Below are positions 26,386-35,392 of a stretch of DNA of 38,077 bases, piece by piece; the stretch's first letter is position 1, and each line of letters starts with the position of its first letter. The translations under genes were made by a program, and so were the position numbers. A model generated the notes under the pieces. It had not been told where the DNA came from. It saw only the letters and a program-made list of their open reading frames with translations, and ran no database searches. Origin of the DNA: Patescibacteria group bacterium UBA6017 (GTDB lineage Bacteria > Patescibacteriota > Saccharimonadia > UBA4664); contig DIZX01000011.1 of the NCBI GenBank assembly GCA_002429485.1, positions 1 to 38,077 of the forward strand. Reading direction: 5' to 3'.

Positions 26386-27554
26386 GCTGTTGCCTCCGTG
26401 TTCGGTTTTTGATTGCCCTCGCCTATTTTCAGTATCAAGCCAGCCAACTCCTCGGCTGCCTTCGGTCGGCCAAACGCCTTAATAGCGGCCGACAGCCTAG
26501 CCTGCTCGGCATCATCACCCAAGACGAGATCTATCTCATCCGCAAACCCTTCTGGAGTAAGCTTTGCTCCGTCCAGCACCCGCACCGCCCCCTGGCGGGA
26601 GAGTACACGGGCGTTCTCCACTTGGTGTCCGGCCATCTCATAATTCGGTATCAAAATCGTTGGCTTGCCCAACACGGCGCTGTCGTTGATGGTATTTACC
26701 CCCGCCCGCCCAATTACCAGATCGGCCGCCGCCAATGCCAGCCCCATATCGCCCATCAAAAACCCGTACGGATGGTAGCGCGGAGTGGCTTTAGGCCTCG
26801 GTCGGCGGCTCAGCTCAAACTTAATCCGCGCAATCTCACCTTCGCCGGTTTGATGAATAATCTGATATTTTTGGGTCAAACGATCCAGACTTCCCAGCAC
26901 GACATTATTTATCTGGGCCGCTCCCTGCGACCCTCCAGTGATCAGAATTACCGGCACCGTATCATCGAGCTCAAAGTGCGCGATTCCCTCTAGCCTATGA
27001 GCCGTCAAGATATCCGCGCGAACCGGATTGCCCACGTATTCAAGCTTACTGGGCTCAAACATACGGTAACTCTTCACCGGGAAGCCCACGGCAATTTTTT
27101 CCGCCCATCTGCTCAAAATTCGGTTTGTCAGTCCGGGAGTAGCATCGGATTCATGAATCACAAACGGGATGCCCAGCATCTTGGCCGCAATTCCCACCGG
27201 CAAGCACACATAGCCGCCCTTCAGAAACACCACATCGGGCCTAAACGTACGCAAAATGCGCATCGCCTGACCCACGCCCTGGACCGTTCGCAGCGTATCG
27301 CGGGCATTCGGGCCGAGGGTACTGAGATTAAATATCTTGGCAAAACCCGAATCAAAATGATTACGTCGAAACTTACCCGCCAAAATAGGCGCGAATGTTA
27401 GGCCCACGCCTGCGACAATTTTCGCTTCCATACCGCCGGCCTGCCCAATATAGAGCAGCTCAACGGTATTATCTAGCGATTTTAACGCGTCGCTGGTTGC
27501 CAACGTTGGCAAAATGTGTCCGGCTGTCCCCCCGCCGCTGACGACTACTCGCAT
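26382..27554 (-). CDS. murG: Lipid II GlcNAc transferase MurG
   Basis: SGGGTAGHILP, KGGYV, IHESD, GNPVR, GGSQGA, HQVENA. Confidence 0.96.
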   Translation of the reverse strand: MRVVVSGGGTAGHILPTLATSDALKSLDNTVELLYIGQAGGMEAKIVAGVGLTFAPILAGKFRRNHFDSGFAKIFNLSTLGPNARDTLRTVQGVGQAMRILRTFRPDVVFLKGGYVCLPVGIAAKMLGIPFVIHESDATPGLTNRILSRWAEKIAVGFPVKSYRMFEPSKLEYVGNPVRADILTAHRLEGIAHFELDDTVPVILITGGSQGAAQINNVVLGSLDRLTQKYQIIHQTGEGEIARIKFELSRRPRPKATPRYHPYGFLMGDMGLALAAADLVIGRAGVNTINDSAVLGKPTILIPNYEMAGHQVENARVLSRQGAVRVLDGAKLTPEGFADEIDLVLGDDAEQARLSAAIKAFGRPKAAEELAGLILKIGEGNQKPNTEATA

Positions 27555-28701
27555 CGCTTACCTCTCTTACGGTGTACTTCGATATGTTAAGTAAAATTCC
27601 AACTCCGAACAGCGATACCACCAAACTGGTACCTCCATAAGATATAAACGGGAGTGGAATACCAGTGAGTGGAACCAGCGACAGCATCGCGCCGATATTA
27701 ATAATAGCCTGAAACAGTAACCACAATGAAATACCGGTAGCAACCAACCGCGAGAATACATCCGGTGCCGCACGCGCCACCATGAGTCCACGATATACCA
27801 CAACGCCGAATAATCCGATAATTGCGAGCGATCCGATAAGCCCAAACTCCTCAGCGATTATCGCAAAAATCGAGTCGTTGGCCGCCTCTGGGAGATATCC
27901 GTAAACCTGGATGCTGTGGCCCAGACCCAGCCCCAATATGCCCCCCGAACCTACTCCCAGCAATGCCTGACATACATGCAGCGAAGTATCGAGCGCATAT
28001 TTGGGATCATTGCACTTGGGATCAAAGAAGGTCGTTATTCGACTCAGGCGATGCGGGAACAGGGCAATTGCCGCCCATCCCGCCGCCGCACTGCCGGCCA
28101 ACAAATACCCCAGATGACTTGTCCGCATTCCTGCCGCGTAAAACATCCCCATAGCGGACAGAGCCAGCACCATCATCGTGCCCATATCGCGCTGCAGCAC
28201 AACAATCACAAAGCACGCCGTACCCACCATAATCGCAAACGGCACGAACCCATCCCAAAACGAGCGTATGTCGCTCTGCCGCTTCTCAAACCAGAGCGCT
28301 AAGTACAGTATTAGCGTAATTTTCAATATTTCTGCCGGCTGAACCGACATCGGCCCAATCTGAATCCAACGAGTGGCTCCATGGGAGCTTTGAGATAATC
28401 CCGGAATTAGTAGGGCCACCAAGCTCACCACCGCTGCCACTAGTAGCTTTGGAGCCCATTTGCGCCAAATCGTATATGGCAAGGCGGTCGCAAGTATCCA
28501 ACCGGCCACCCCAATCCCCACAAACATAATCTGGTTCATGAAATAATAATTGCGATCGGCACTCCCCGTGAGTTTATGGCTCAGTATTGGGCTAATCGAA
28601 TACATCATCACCAAACCCGCCGCCAGCAGTATCGTAACCGCCAGAGCAATCACATAATCTATGCGATGAGCTCGAACCGGACTCCCTCCGGGACTGCTCA
28701 T
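27469..28701 (-). CDS. ftsW: SEDS peptidoglycan polymerase FtsW
   Basis: GATRWI, QPAEILK, DMGT, YLPEAANDSIFAIIAEEFG, LPFISYGGTS; tail overlaps murG by 86 nt. Confidence 0.95.
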   Translation of the reverse strand: MSSPGGSPVRAHRIDYVIALAVTILLAAGLVMMYSISPILSHKLTGSADRNYYFMNQIMFVGIGVAGWILATALPYTIWRKWAPKLLVAAVVSLVALLIPGLSQSSHGATRWIQIGPMSVQPAEILKITLILYLALWFEKRQSDIRSFWDGFVPFAIMVGTACFVIVVLQRDMGTMMVLALSAMGMFYAAGMRTSHLGYLLAGSAAAGWAAIALFPHRLSRITTFFDPKCNDPKYALDTSLHVCQALLGVGSGGILGLGLGHSIQVYGYLPEAANDSIFAIIAEEFGLIGSLAIIGLFGVVVYRGLMVARAAPDVFSRLVATGISLWLLFQAIINIGAMLSLVPLTGIPLPFISYGGTSLVVSLFGVGILLNISKYTVREVSDASSRQRRGDSRTHFANVGNQRRVKIAR

Positions 28702-29765
28702 TGGATCTTATTACCCAGCAGTGCCAAGACCAGCCCCAGCGCCCCTACAACCTGCCCGATTACCCACAAGCGCATAGTGACTTTAGTTTCCGGCCACCCA
28801 ATCGCTTCCAAGTGATGGTGTAGCGGTGCCGACAAGAAAATCTTGCGGTGCCAAAACTTCTTCGAAATGATCTGGACCACGCTCGATCCGGCCTCCACCA
28901 CAAATACCGCCGCAATGATCGGCAAGACAAACACAGTATTGGTCAGCATCGCAATCACCCCAAGCGTCGTGCCGAACGCGAACGCTCCGCTATCCCCCAT
29001 GAAAAATCGCGCCGGGTAAATACTAAACCAGGTGTAGGTCAGCATCGCCCCCACTATGGTCGCGCAGAACCCCGCGATACCAAAGTTATGCTGGAAATAA
29101 CCGATCACCGCATACACCGCAAACGCCGTCGACAGCAATCCGCCGCTCAACCCGTCGAGGCCATCCGTAATATTGACCGCGTTAGCGGTACTCACGACCA
29201 CAGCTATAAACAGCGGCACGATCAGCCAGCCAATGCTAAAATCACCAACTGCCGGCACGTGAACCAAGCTATAGCCCAACTTTAGCGAGAAGTACATCCC
29301 GCCAACTACGGCAATGCCAAGGATAAGCGCAAACTTAATCTTGCCGCGCATCCCCGCTATCCCCAAGCCGTCGCTGCGGATATTCAGGTAGTCGTCAAAT
29401 AATCCCACCAACCCGGCTGCAATCAGCGAAAACAGCGGCAGATACGTTTGACTTCGGGACAAATTAAACAGCAACGTTACCACCGCCACCGCAATTATCA
29501 GGACTGCGCCGCCCATAGTGGGAATATTTCGCTTGTGTTTTGCCGCATGGAGTTTGGTGTATATTGCGGCTTTCTCGCCCGTAATTGCGTCTTCACGCGG
29601 TTGCTTCCAGAGCTTGTACTTAAATCCCAACCGGGTATACACGGGTACGAGCAGCATCGAGACCACAAACGCCCCGAAAGCCAACGAGCCGATTCGCGAC
29701 AGCGAAGTAATTTCCTGTGCGTGTATGAAATTAATTGTTGGTAAAAATGCCATAATTTCGCTCAT
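28698..29765 (-). CDS. mraY: Phospho-N-acetylmuramoyl-pentapeptide transferase
   Basis: PTMGG, GLFDDY, NAVNITDGLDGL, FMGDSG, APLHHHLE. Confidence 0.96.
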   Translation of the reverse strand: MSEIMAFLPTINFIHAQEITSLSRIGSLAFGAFVVSMLLVPVYTRLGFKYKLWKQPREDAITGEKAAIYTKLHAAKHKRNIPTMGGAVLIIAVAVVTLLFNLSRSQTYLPLFSLIAAGLVGLFDDYLNIRSDGLGIAGMRGKIKFALILGIAVVGGMYFSLKLGYSLVHVPAVGDFSIGWLIVPLFIAVVVSTANAVNITDGLDGLSGGLLSTAFAVYAVIGYFQHNFGIAGFCATIVGAMLTYTWFSIYPARFFMGDSGAFAFGTTLGVIAMLTNTVFVLPIIAAVFVVEAGSSVVQIISKKFWHRKIFLSAPLHHHLEAIGWPETKVTMRLWVIGQVVGALGLVLALLGNKIQ

Positions 29766-29808
29766 ATTAGTTTACCATATCTGGATAATTTACCTGGTCG
29801 AAGACGTG

Positions 29809-31587
29809 TCATGCGGACGGAGGTATCCCATAGTATTTAAACAGCCACTTGCATACATCACCAAATACCGGAACCGTGGTATATTCCGCGTAACCGCACT
29901 GAGCACCGTCGCAGTTCACGCTCGGCTCATTAATACGAACCATTACGACGAATTTCGGATTATCGGCTGGCGCAAAGCCCACGAATGAACCAATGTTGGC
30001 GCCATCAATATAGCCCGTACCATCCGGCTTAGGAATTTGAGCCGTACCCGTTTTGCCCGCAATTTTGTAGCCCGGATTTGCCAGACCCGCGAGGTAGCCG
30101 GAGCCATGTTGCACCACTACCTGCAACATGGTGTTGAGATCTGTTGCCGCCGAGGGGCTTATTACATGATCGGCTAATATCTTAGCCGGCTGCGACCGCA
30201 CCGTACCATCATATGCCATGGTTCCGTCCACAACACGTGCCTGATACAGTCGGCCGCCGTTCGCGACCGCAGCCATTGCAGACACCATCTGAATCATTGT
30301 TACGCTCATGCCCTGGCCAAATGCCATGTTAGCGTAAGTAACGTTATTGCCGGCCGCGTTTGTCGGCGACTGAACCGAGCCAGCTGCCTCATTTGATTGC
30401 TCGATCCCCGTGCGTACTCCGAACCCGAAATGATTGGTGAAATAAGCGAAGAGCATCTTCTTACCTACAAGCGTAAACTCGTTTGGGTCGGTGCCGAGCA
30501 TACGCAACACAAACATGACGCCCGTATTGAGTGAGTCGCGCAGCACGACCGTCATCGTCTTACCGGGGCCGGGTTTGTCTCCCGCCGCATCGCAAACTTT
30601 GCGGCCATCAACCTGGTAGCACCCCGGATCGGTATAGGTGGTATCTGGCTTAACCTTGTGTTGATCGAGCCCGGCCGCCATCGTGAACACCTTCATCCCG
30701 GAGCCCGGCTCGAACTGACTGGAAACTGCTTCGTTAACAAAGACGCTGTAATCTTTAACCGCGCCATAATTACCCGGATCGAAGGTCGGATAATTTGCCA
30801 TCGCGCGCACGGCTCCATTCGACGGATCCATCACTACGATACTACCCGATTTGGCATTTACCTTCTTGATCTGGTCGGCCAGCTCCTGCTCGGCCATAGC
30901 CTGTACATTGCGATCAATCGTGAGCACATAACTCGATCCGTCCACCGCCGGCTTCACCACGTTCTTGGCCGTCGCTATCGGTATACCGTAAGCGTCAGTT
31001 TTAGAAGCGAATTTACCCGGTGTACCCGCCAAGGCCGACTCCAAATAGCCCTCGATACCATACTGTCCGTGCCCGTCAAAATCGACAAACCCCACCGCTT
31101 GAGCAGCAAGTTGGCCTTCGGGATAGCTCCGATAGTCACGATCAGTCAAGGCCACTCCGGCTAACTTAAGTGCCTTCACCTTATCTGCTACATTGCTGGG
31201 CACCCTTTCTGCCAAAATTGCGTATTCTATGCCGTTATTCAATTTATCCAAATAGGATTTCGGGTCTCCGCCGAGTACACCGGCTAATTTACTGGCAGCG
31301 CCTGTTTTATCGGTAACGTAGCGGGGGTCAGCGTATACCAGCTTCAACGTCTGATTGAGGGCAATCGGTGAGATTTGATCGCCGTCATGAACAAATAATT
31401 CACCTCGCTTAGCAGGAACTTCATATTTTCGAGTATGCTCGTTTGATGCCTGCACCATATAACGGCCATGCTCAAAAATCTGAAGGTACGCCAGACGACC
31501 CGCCAAGATAAGTCCAAACACCACCAAAAGCGCCGTATAAGCGCTAATGCGTCGGCGCTGCATTATTGCATCGTTGGAGAAGCCCAT
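29809..31587 (-). CDS. ftsI: Class B penicillin-binding protein (FtsI/PBP2 family)
   Basis: AKRGEL, RSYPEG, GIEGY; EPGSGMK (SxxK), SLN (SxN), KTGT; start ATG 31587 chosen (GTG 31626 alternative). Confidence 0.93.
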   Translation of the reverse strand: MGFSNDAIMQRRRISAYTALLVVFGLILAGRLAYLQIFEHGRYMVQASNEHTRKYEVPAKRGELFVHDGDQISPIALNQTLKLVYADPRYVTDKTGAASKLAGVLGGDPKSYLDKLNNGIEYAILAERVPSNVADKVKALKLAGVALTDRDYRSYPEGQLAAQAVGFVDFDGHGQYGIEGYLESALAGTPGKFASKTDAYGIPIATAKNVVKPAVDGSSYVLTIDRNVQAMAEQELADQIKKVNAKSGSIVVMDPSNGAVRAMANYPTFDPGNYGAVKDYSVFVNEAVSSQFEPGSGMKVFTMAAGLDQHKVKPDTTYTDPGCYQVDGRKVCDAAGDKPGPGKTMTVVLRDSLNTGVMFVLRMLGTDPNEFTLVGKKMLFAYFTNHFGFGVRTGIEQSNEAAGSVQSPTNAAGNNVTYANMAFGQGMSVTMIQMVSAMAAVANGGRLYQARVVDGTMAYDGTVRSQPAKILADHVISPSAATDLNTMLQVVVQHGSGYLAGLANPGYKIAGKTGTAQIPKPDGTGYIDGANIGSFVGFAPADNPKFVVMVRINEPSVNCDGAQCGYAEYTTVPVFGDVCKWLFKYYGIPPSA

Positions 31588-31728
31588 TACCCTATCCCTA
31601 TTGTCCCCTCTTGAGCGTCCAGCCACAGATCATGCAAATGATGTATCGACATATCGCAGCACAGCATGCACGTTCTGCCTGCCAAAGTGGCTATTATGAT
31701 CAGTGATGGAACATGCATTATTTGTAAG

Positions 31729-32049
31729 TTACTTCGCGTACGTAACTTGACCAGACGGAACCATCCCGGCCACAGCAGCGGATGTCTTTGTAGCGTGAAT
31801 CGACTGCAATCTGGCCGCTTCAACACTGAGCTCCTGCCGTTCGGCGAGAACTTGATTGCGCTGAGTGGTAAGATCGGTAACCGTATACCCCAGCCTACCC
31901 GTCTTGGTGATCTGGTGCAAATACAGCAAAGCCATCACACTGATCAATGCAATAACTACAAATGTCGCCGATGTCGGTCCCAGTACCATACTGGCCGGTT
32001 GGCGATATAAATTCTGATTACGGCGCGCCGTAAGTGTCGCGGTAGTCAT
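31729..32049 (-). CDS. ftsL: FtsL-like bitopic coiled-coil protein
   Basis: One TM plus leucine-zipper-like coil; AGGAG RBS; lies between rsmH and ftsI. Confidence 0.7.
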   Translation of the reverse strand: MTTATLTARRNQNLYRQPASMVLGPTSATFVVIALISVMALLYLHQITKTGRLGYTVTDLTTQRNQVLAERQELSVEAARLQSIHATKTSAAVAGMVPSGQVTYAK

Positions 32050-32117
32050 GGCGCTTCTCTCCTACTTTTGTTTTTTACTTTTTGTCGGACTTTTTTTGCG
32101 AACGTGTTTTTAATGGG

Positions 32118-32156
32118 TGCTATGCGCGGCCCGAACATTTTTGGCCGCGCATAGCA
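32118..32156. repeat. Perfect 14-bp hairpin inside the dcw operon
   Basis: TGCTATGCGCGGCC-11 nt-GGCCGCGCATAGCA. Confidence 0.85.
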
Positions 32157-32168
32157 GACCGTGTGGCG

Positions 32169-32237
32169 TTATTTCTTAACGCGGATACGCTTGGTGAGGT
32201 TCACTTTGCGCGAACTACCCTGTACTTTGATGGACAT
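32169..32237 (-). CDS. 22-aa basic small ORF MSIKVQGSSRKVNLTKRIRVKK
   Basis: ATG directly after the rsmH TAA; strong AAGGAGGG RBS embedded in the rsmH 3' end. Confidence 0.6.
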   Translation of the reverse strand: MSIKVQGSSRKVNLTKRIRVKK

Positions 32238-33164
32238 TTAGTCCCTCCTTTTGTTTTTGTTTATTTTTTCGGCGGCTCGGAGCTTTGCACTCCTCGCGCG
32301 CGGATTGATAGCAATTTCGGTGGAATCCCCTACGACGGGTTTCGCGGTAATTTTCTGTAAGATAGCTACGTGGTCACAGGTACACACGGGCTGCTTGGCA
32401 GGACAGATACAATCGCGGGATTCTTGGTCAAAGAACTGTTTTACAATGCGGTCTTCTAACGAGTGGAAGCTTATTACAGCCAATCTTCCGCCGGTGCTCA
32501 ATAATTTTGTGAGCTTTGGCAGCGCCGCTGCAAGTTGATCCAACTCGCCGTTAACTTCTATGCGGATCGCCTGGAAAGTCCGGGTGGCCGCATCGATGTC
32601 GCCTCTAAGCGCTACTCCTCGGATAGCTTTGGCCAGTTCACCGGTGGTACCAAAGGGCCTGGACTCTACGATCACCCTGGCAACGGCTCGAGCTTTTGGC
32701 TCTTCTCCGTATGCCCGAATTATTCGCTCCAGGTCTCTTTCGCTCATCCGGTTGACTACATCCGCAGCCGAGTACGACTGCGATTGGTCCATCCGCATAT
32801 CCAAAGGGGCGTCAGCTTTGAAGCTAAATCCTCTCTGCGCATTGTCAATTTGTGGTGACGATACTCCCAAATCCAGCAAAATCATGTCCACTAGCCTACC
32901 TTCTTCAAGCAGCCTGTCGGCTCCTTCGAGATAATCCGCGTGCATTACTTCTGCGTGATCCCCAAACCGCTCGTACAATGCTCTAGTAGCATTAATATCA
33001 CGGTCGACCAATATTGCGTCCCCGGTAGAACCGAGTAGCTCGATGATCGGCGCCGCGTGGCCGCCGTAGCCGGCCGTGCCGTCGAGATACGCCTCACCCT
33101 TTTGAGGCTTGAGTAGCTCTATGACTTGGTCGAGTAATACAGGTTGGTGTTTTGGAGTATTCAT
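32238..33164 (-). CDS. rsmH: 16S rRNA m4C1402 methyltransferase RsmH (MraW)
   Basis: HQPVLL, DGTAGYGGHA, DLGVSSPQ, PLDMRMD, FHSLEDRIVK, NPRARSAKLR. Confidence 0.97.
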   Translation of the reverse strand: MNTPKHQPVLLDQVIELLKPQKGEAYLDGTAGYGGHAAPIIELLGSTGDAILVDRDINATRALYERFGDHAEVMHADYLEGADRLLEEGRLVDMILLDLGVSSPQIDNAQRGFSFKADAPLDMRMDQSQSYSAADVVNRMSERDLERIIRAYGEEPKARAVARVIVESRPFGTTGELAKAIRGVALRGDIDAATRTFQAIRIEVNGELDQLAAALPKLTKLLSTGGRLAVISFHSLEDRIVKQFFDQESRDCICPAKQPVCTCDHVAILQKITAKPVVGDSTEIAINPRARSAKLRAAEKINKNKRRD

Positions 33165-33484
33165 TTTCAAGGTCACCTATTCAGCAGCCAACTTTTTATT
33201 TAAGCGTTTTTGTTTTTTGATTCGCTATTTTAACTCTAGCGAACAAGAGTGGAGTTTGCTAGGTCTCACTAGGAGACCCGGCTAGTGTGTGGTAAGGAAT
33301 CATCATTCAGTTCGAATTGATAATTCCTAAAAAGAGTGTGTTGTGAGGTGGAGTTTACGATCGGATGTACGAGGCTGATTTTTGTAGCAGGAGCCTAAGG
33401 GCTGCCGTGCTGACTGCCGAATAGTTGCCTTTAAAATGTTTGTATTGGTTTTTGAAGGTTCTTTTTTTTGGTAAAAAACTAAGT

Positions 33485-33841
33485 TTAAGGTTTTGCGGTG
33501 AGGCGCCAGTATTTGCCTGCCCTTACCGCGGACACTTCTTTGCCGATTTCAGCATACTCAAGGAAGTGTTGTTCTATGGTAATCCGACCCTGCTTGGCAT
33601 CCATGCCGCTGATCGTCTTACCGCTTCGGAATTGAACGTTGAGATCGGCGGTGCGCTCATCTAGGATATCACCTTTGAGTGCCGGTTCCATCTCTTCGTT
33701 CCAGATTTTTTCAGTGTACAGATGCAGGTATTTAGCAAATCCCCTGGTGATTACCACCCGGCCGCCTTCGAATTCATGACGTAGCTCTGACGGAATCGTC
33801 AGGCGGTTCTTGTCATCAAGTTTTCTTTCGAAGAAGTCCAT
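33485..33841 (-). CDS. mraZ: Transcriptional regulator MraZ
   Basis: LDDKNRLTIP and DAKQGRITI twin SpoVT/AbrB motifs; first gene of the dcw operon. Confidence 0.92.
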   Translation of the reverse strand: MDFFERKLDDKNRLTIPSELRHEFEGGRVVITRGFAKYLHLYTEKIWNEEMEPALKGDILDERTADLNVQFRSGKTISGMDAKQGRITIEQHFLEYAEIGKEVSAVRAGKYWRLTAKP

Positions 33842-33869
33842 GTTGTGATTCCTACCGTGGTGTGTGCTA

Positions 33870-33921
33870 CCCACTGCAACCCACTGAAACCAGTATAATC
33901 CCCTATTCTACCCACTGTCTA
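33870..33921 (-). promoter_or_regulatory. mraZ promoter with MraZ-box direct repeats
   Basis: CAGTGGG at 33870-76, 33880-86 and 33911-17; TAGACA, 18 nt, TATACT. Confidence 0.75.
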
Positions 33922-33929
33922 TAGTTTTC

Positions 33930-33938
33930 TTATCCACA
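33930..33938 (+). promoter_or_regulatory. Perfect DnaA box
   Basis: TTATCCACA, 8 bp upstream of the mraZ -35. Confidence 0.65.
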
Positions 33939-33968
33939 ACCGATCGGGCCGGTATTTGCCTAATTTAA

Positions 33969-34011
33969 GATACAAATAAACCCTCCCGAAATGGGAGGGT
34001 TTATTTGTATC
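33969..34011 (-). terminator. Intrinsic terminator after the LPxTG protein gene
   Basis: 19-bp perfect inverted repeat GATACAAATAAACCCTCCC-gaaat-GGGAGGGTTTATTTGTATC. Confidence 0.88.
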
Positions 34012-34090
34012 CTGTGCTCAGCAGTGCTGAGCTAAGGGCGTCAATTACACGTTCCGGGGCCGAGGCCCCGCGTGCTTACCGGTCCAAGAA

Positions 34091-35233
34091 TTAGTCTTGG
34101 TCGGTCGGGTGGCCCTTGCCGCGTAGAGCGTCGAGCACGGACTTGCGTGAGCGGAGGTAGGCACGAGATGCGTAACCGATGGCAGTCAGCCCGGCAACGC
34201 CGCCGAAGACCGTCTCGGGACCGGTATCAGGCAGGCTAGCGCTGAGCACTTGGCCCTTCGTCGGGGTCGGGGTAGGCGTAGGAGTGGAGGTAGGCCCAGC
34301 TACGGTCACTTTAGCGCTACAGACATCACTGATCTGAGTAATTCCGGCCGAAGTCTTCACTTGGGCATTGACGTTCCAGACTCCTTCTCCGAGCGTCAAC
34401 TCGATGAAGTTGCTAGTAGCATCAATGTCCTTAACGTCGGGCGCAGTATTGCCGCCGCCGGTAATTTCTCGGCTGGTAGTAAACCGGTAACCCGTCAAAG
34501 TGACATTTTTGATCTGGCTCTTAACCGTGAACCGGAAAATGTCAGGGTTATTGGTCGAGTCGGGCTGAGTCGGCGTCAGAAGCACGCAGGCAAACGATTG
34601 CCCAGGCGCGGGAGTTGGGGTCGGAGTGGGCGTTGGGGTCGGAGTGGGCGTTGGGGTCGGGGTCGGCGTAGGAGTCGGCTTTGGGGTCGGCTTCGGAGTC
34701 GGAGCAGGGTGAATCGTCGAAGTAGCCCGCACTGGGTTTCCGCAAGACTTAATGATGGCGTAGTGGAAACTTCCGCCTTCAATATTTACGTACGCCGGAA
34801 TCGAGCTGGCAACGAACGATACCGATGTCGCACGCTCCCATACGCTACCACTCTTGGTAGAGCCCGCTATAAAGTTACGGCCAACGCTCTTGGCGCCAAC
34901 GGCTACCGTCTTGCCGGCTACCTCAATGTGACCATCCTTAAAGACGGTCCCATCAACTGTAGAGCTAGACAGGAAATTGGCCTGGGTAATCCCGCGGCCT
35001 TCGCTGTAGTAAATCTGCTTCAAATTGGCGGAAGAGTGCTTGGTGTCACCCGCAGCAACCTTACCAAGCCATTCACTCTTCGAATATGCCCCGTTGAACA
35101 TAATTGAGTTCGTATCGGCGTCGCGAGGCTGAGACACAGCTGCAGCCATACCGGGAGCAACCAAACCTGCCACCACCAGCGTGAGGGCAAAAATGCCTAA
35201 AGCCTGTTTTCTTAATTTAGTAAACGTAGACAT
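34091..35233 (-). CDS. Secreted surface protein with Pro-Thr linkers and an LPDTG sortase-type anchor
   Basis: Signal peptide; (PT)n linkers; GQVLSAS-LPDTG (34220-34234) followed by a hydrophobic stretch and RSRK. Confidence 0.85.
   Translation of the reverse strand: MSTFTKLRKQALGIFALTLVVAGLVAPGMAAAVSQPRDADTNSIMFNGAYSKSEWLGKVAAGDTKHSSANLKQIYYSEGRGITQANFLSSSTVDGTVFKDGHIEVAGKTVAVGAKSVGRNFIAGSTKSGSVWERATSVSFVASSIPAYVNIEGGSFHYAIIKSCGNPVRATSTIHPAPTPKPTPKPTPTPTPTPTPTPTPTPTPTPTPAPGQSFACVLLTPTQPDSTNNPDIFRFTVKSQIKNVTLTGYRFTTSREITGGGNTAPDVKDIDATSNFIELTLGEGVWNVNAQVKTSAGITQISDVCSAKVTVAGPTSTPTPTPTPTKGQVLSASLPDTGPETVFGGVAGLTAIGYASRAYLRSRKSVLDALRGKGHPTDQD
34614..34660. repeat. 18-bp tandem repeat encoding the PT linker
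   Basis: GTTGGGGTCGGAGTGGGC twice plus a partial third copy. Confidence 0.85.
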
Positions 35234-35316
35234 AACCGTGCTCCTTGTTTATGCGTAATGAACGGAAAAACAGCGACACCACCACTGATCTCCAGATCAC
35301 TTCATCATGATCCAGC

Positions 35317-35345
35317 ACTGTAGCACAATATAGCACTCATGTCAA
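35317..35345 (-). promoter_or_regulatory. Promoter of the LPxTG protein gene
   Basis: TTGACA, 17 nt, TACAGT with TGn extension. Confidence 0.7.
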
Positions 35346-35392
35346 TACTTAACGCCTATGCTTATCCTTAGCCAAGCCACTCTCGGGACCTT

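Noticed and set aside
26184-26993. 269-aa plus-strand ORF and other long antisense ORFs (7001-7603, 8368-8985, 17825-18463)
   Set aside because: They lie opposite well-supported genes and carry no motifs, as expected in GC-rich coding DNA
34605-34710. Possible CRISPR-like repeats
   Set aside because: Tandem repeats without spacers, lying inside a coding sequence
34250-35107. 285-aa plus-strand ORF with GRSGRW repeats
   Set aside because: Antisense shadow of the Pro-Thr repeat in the LPxTG gene
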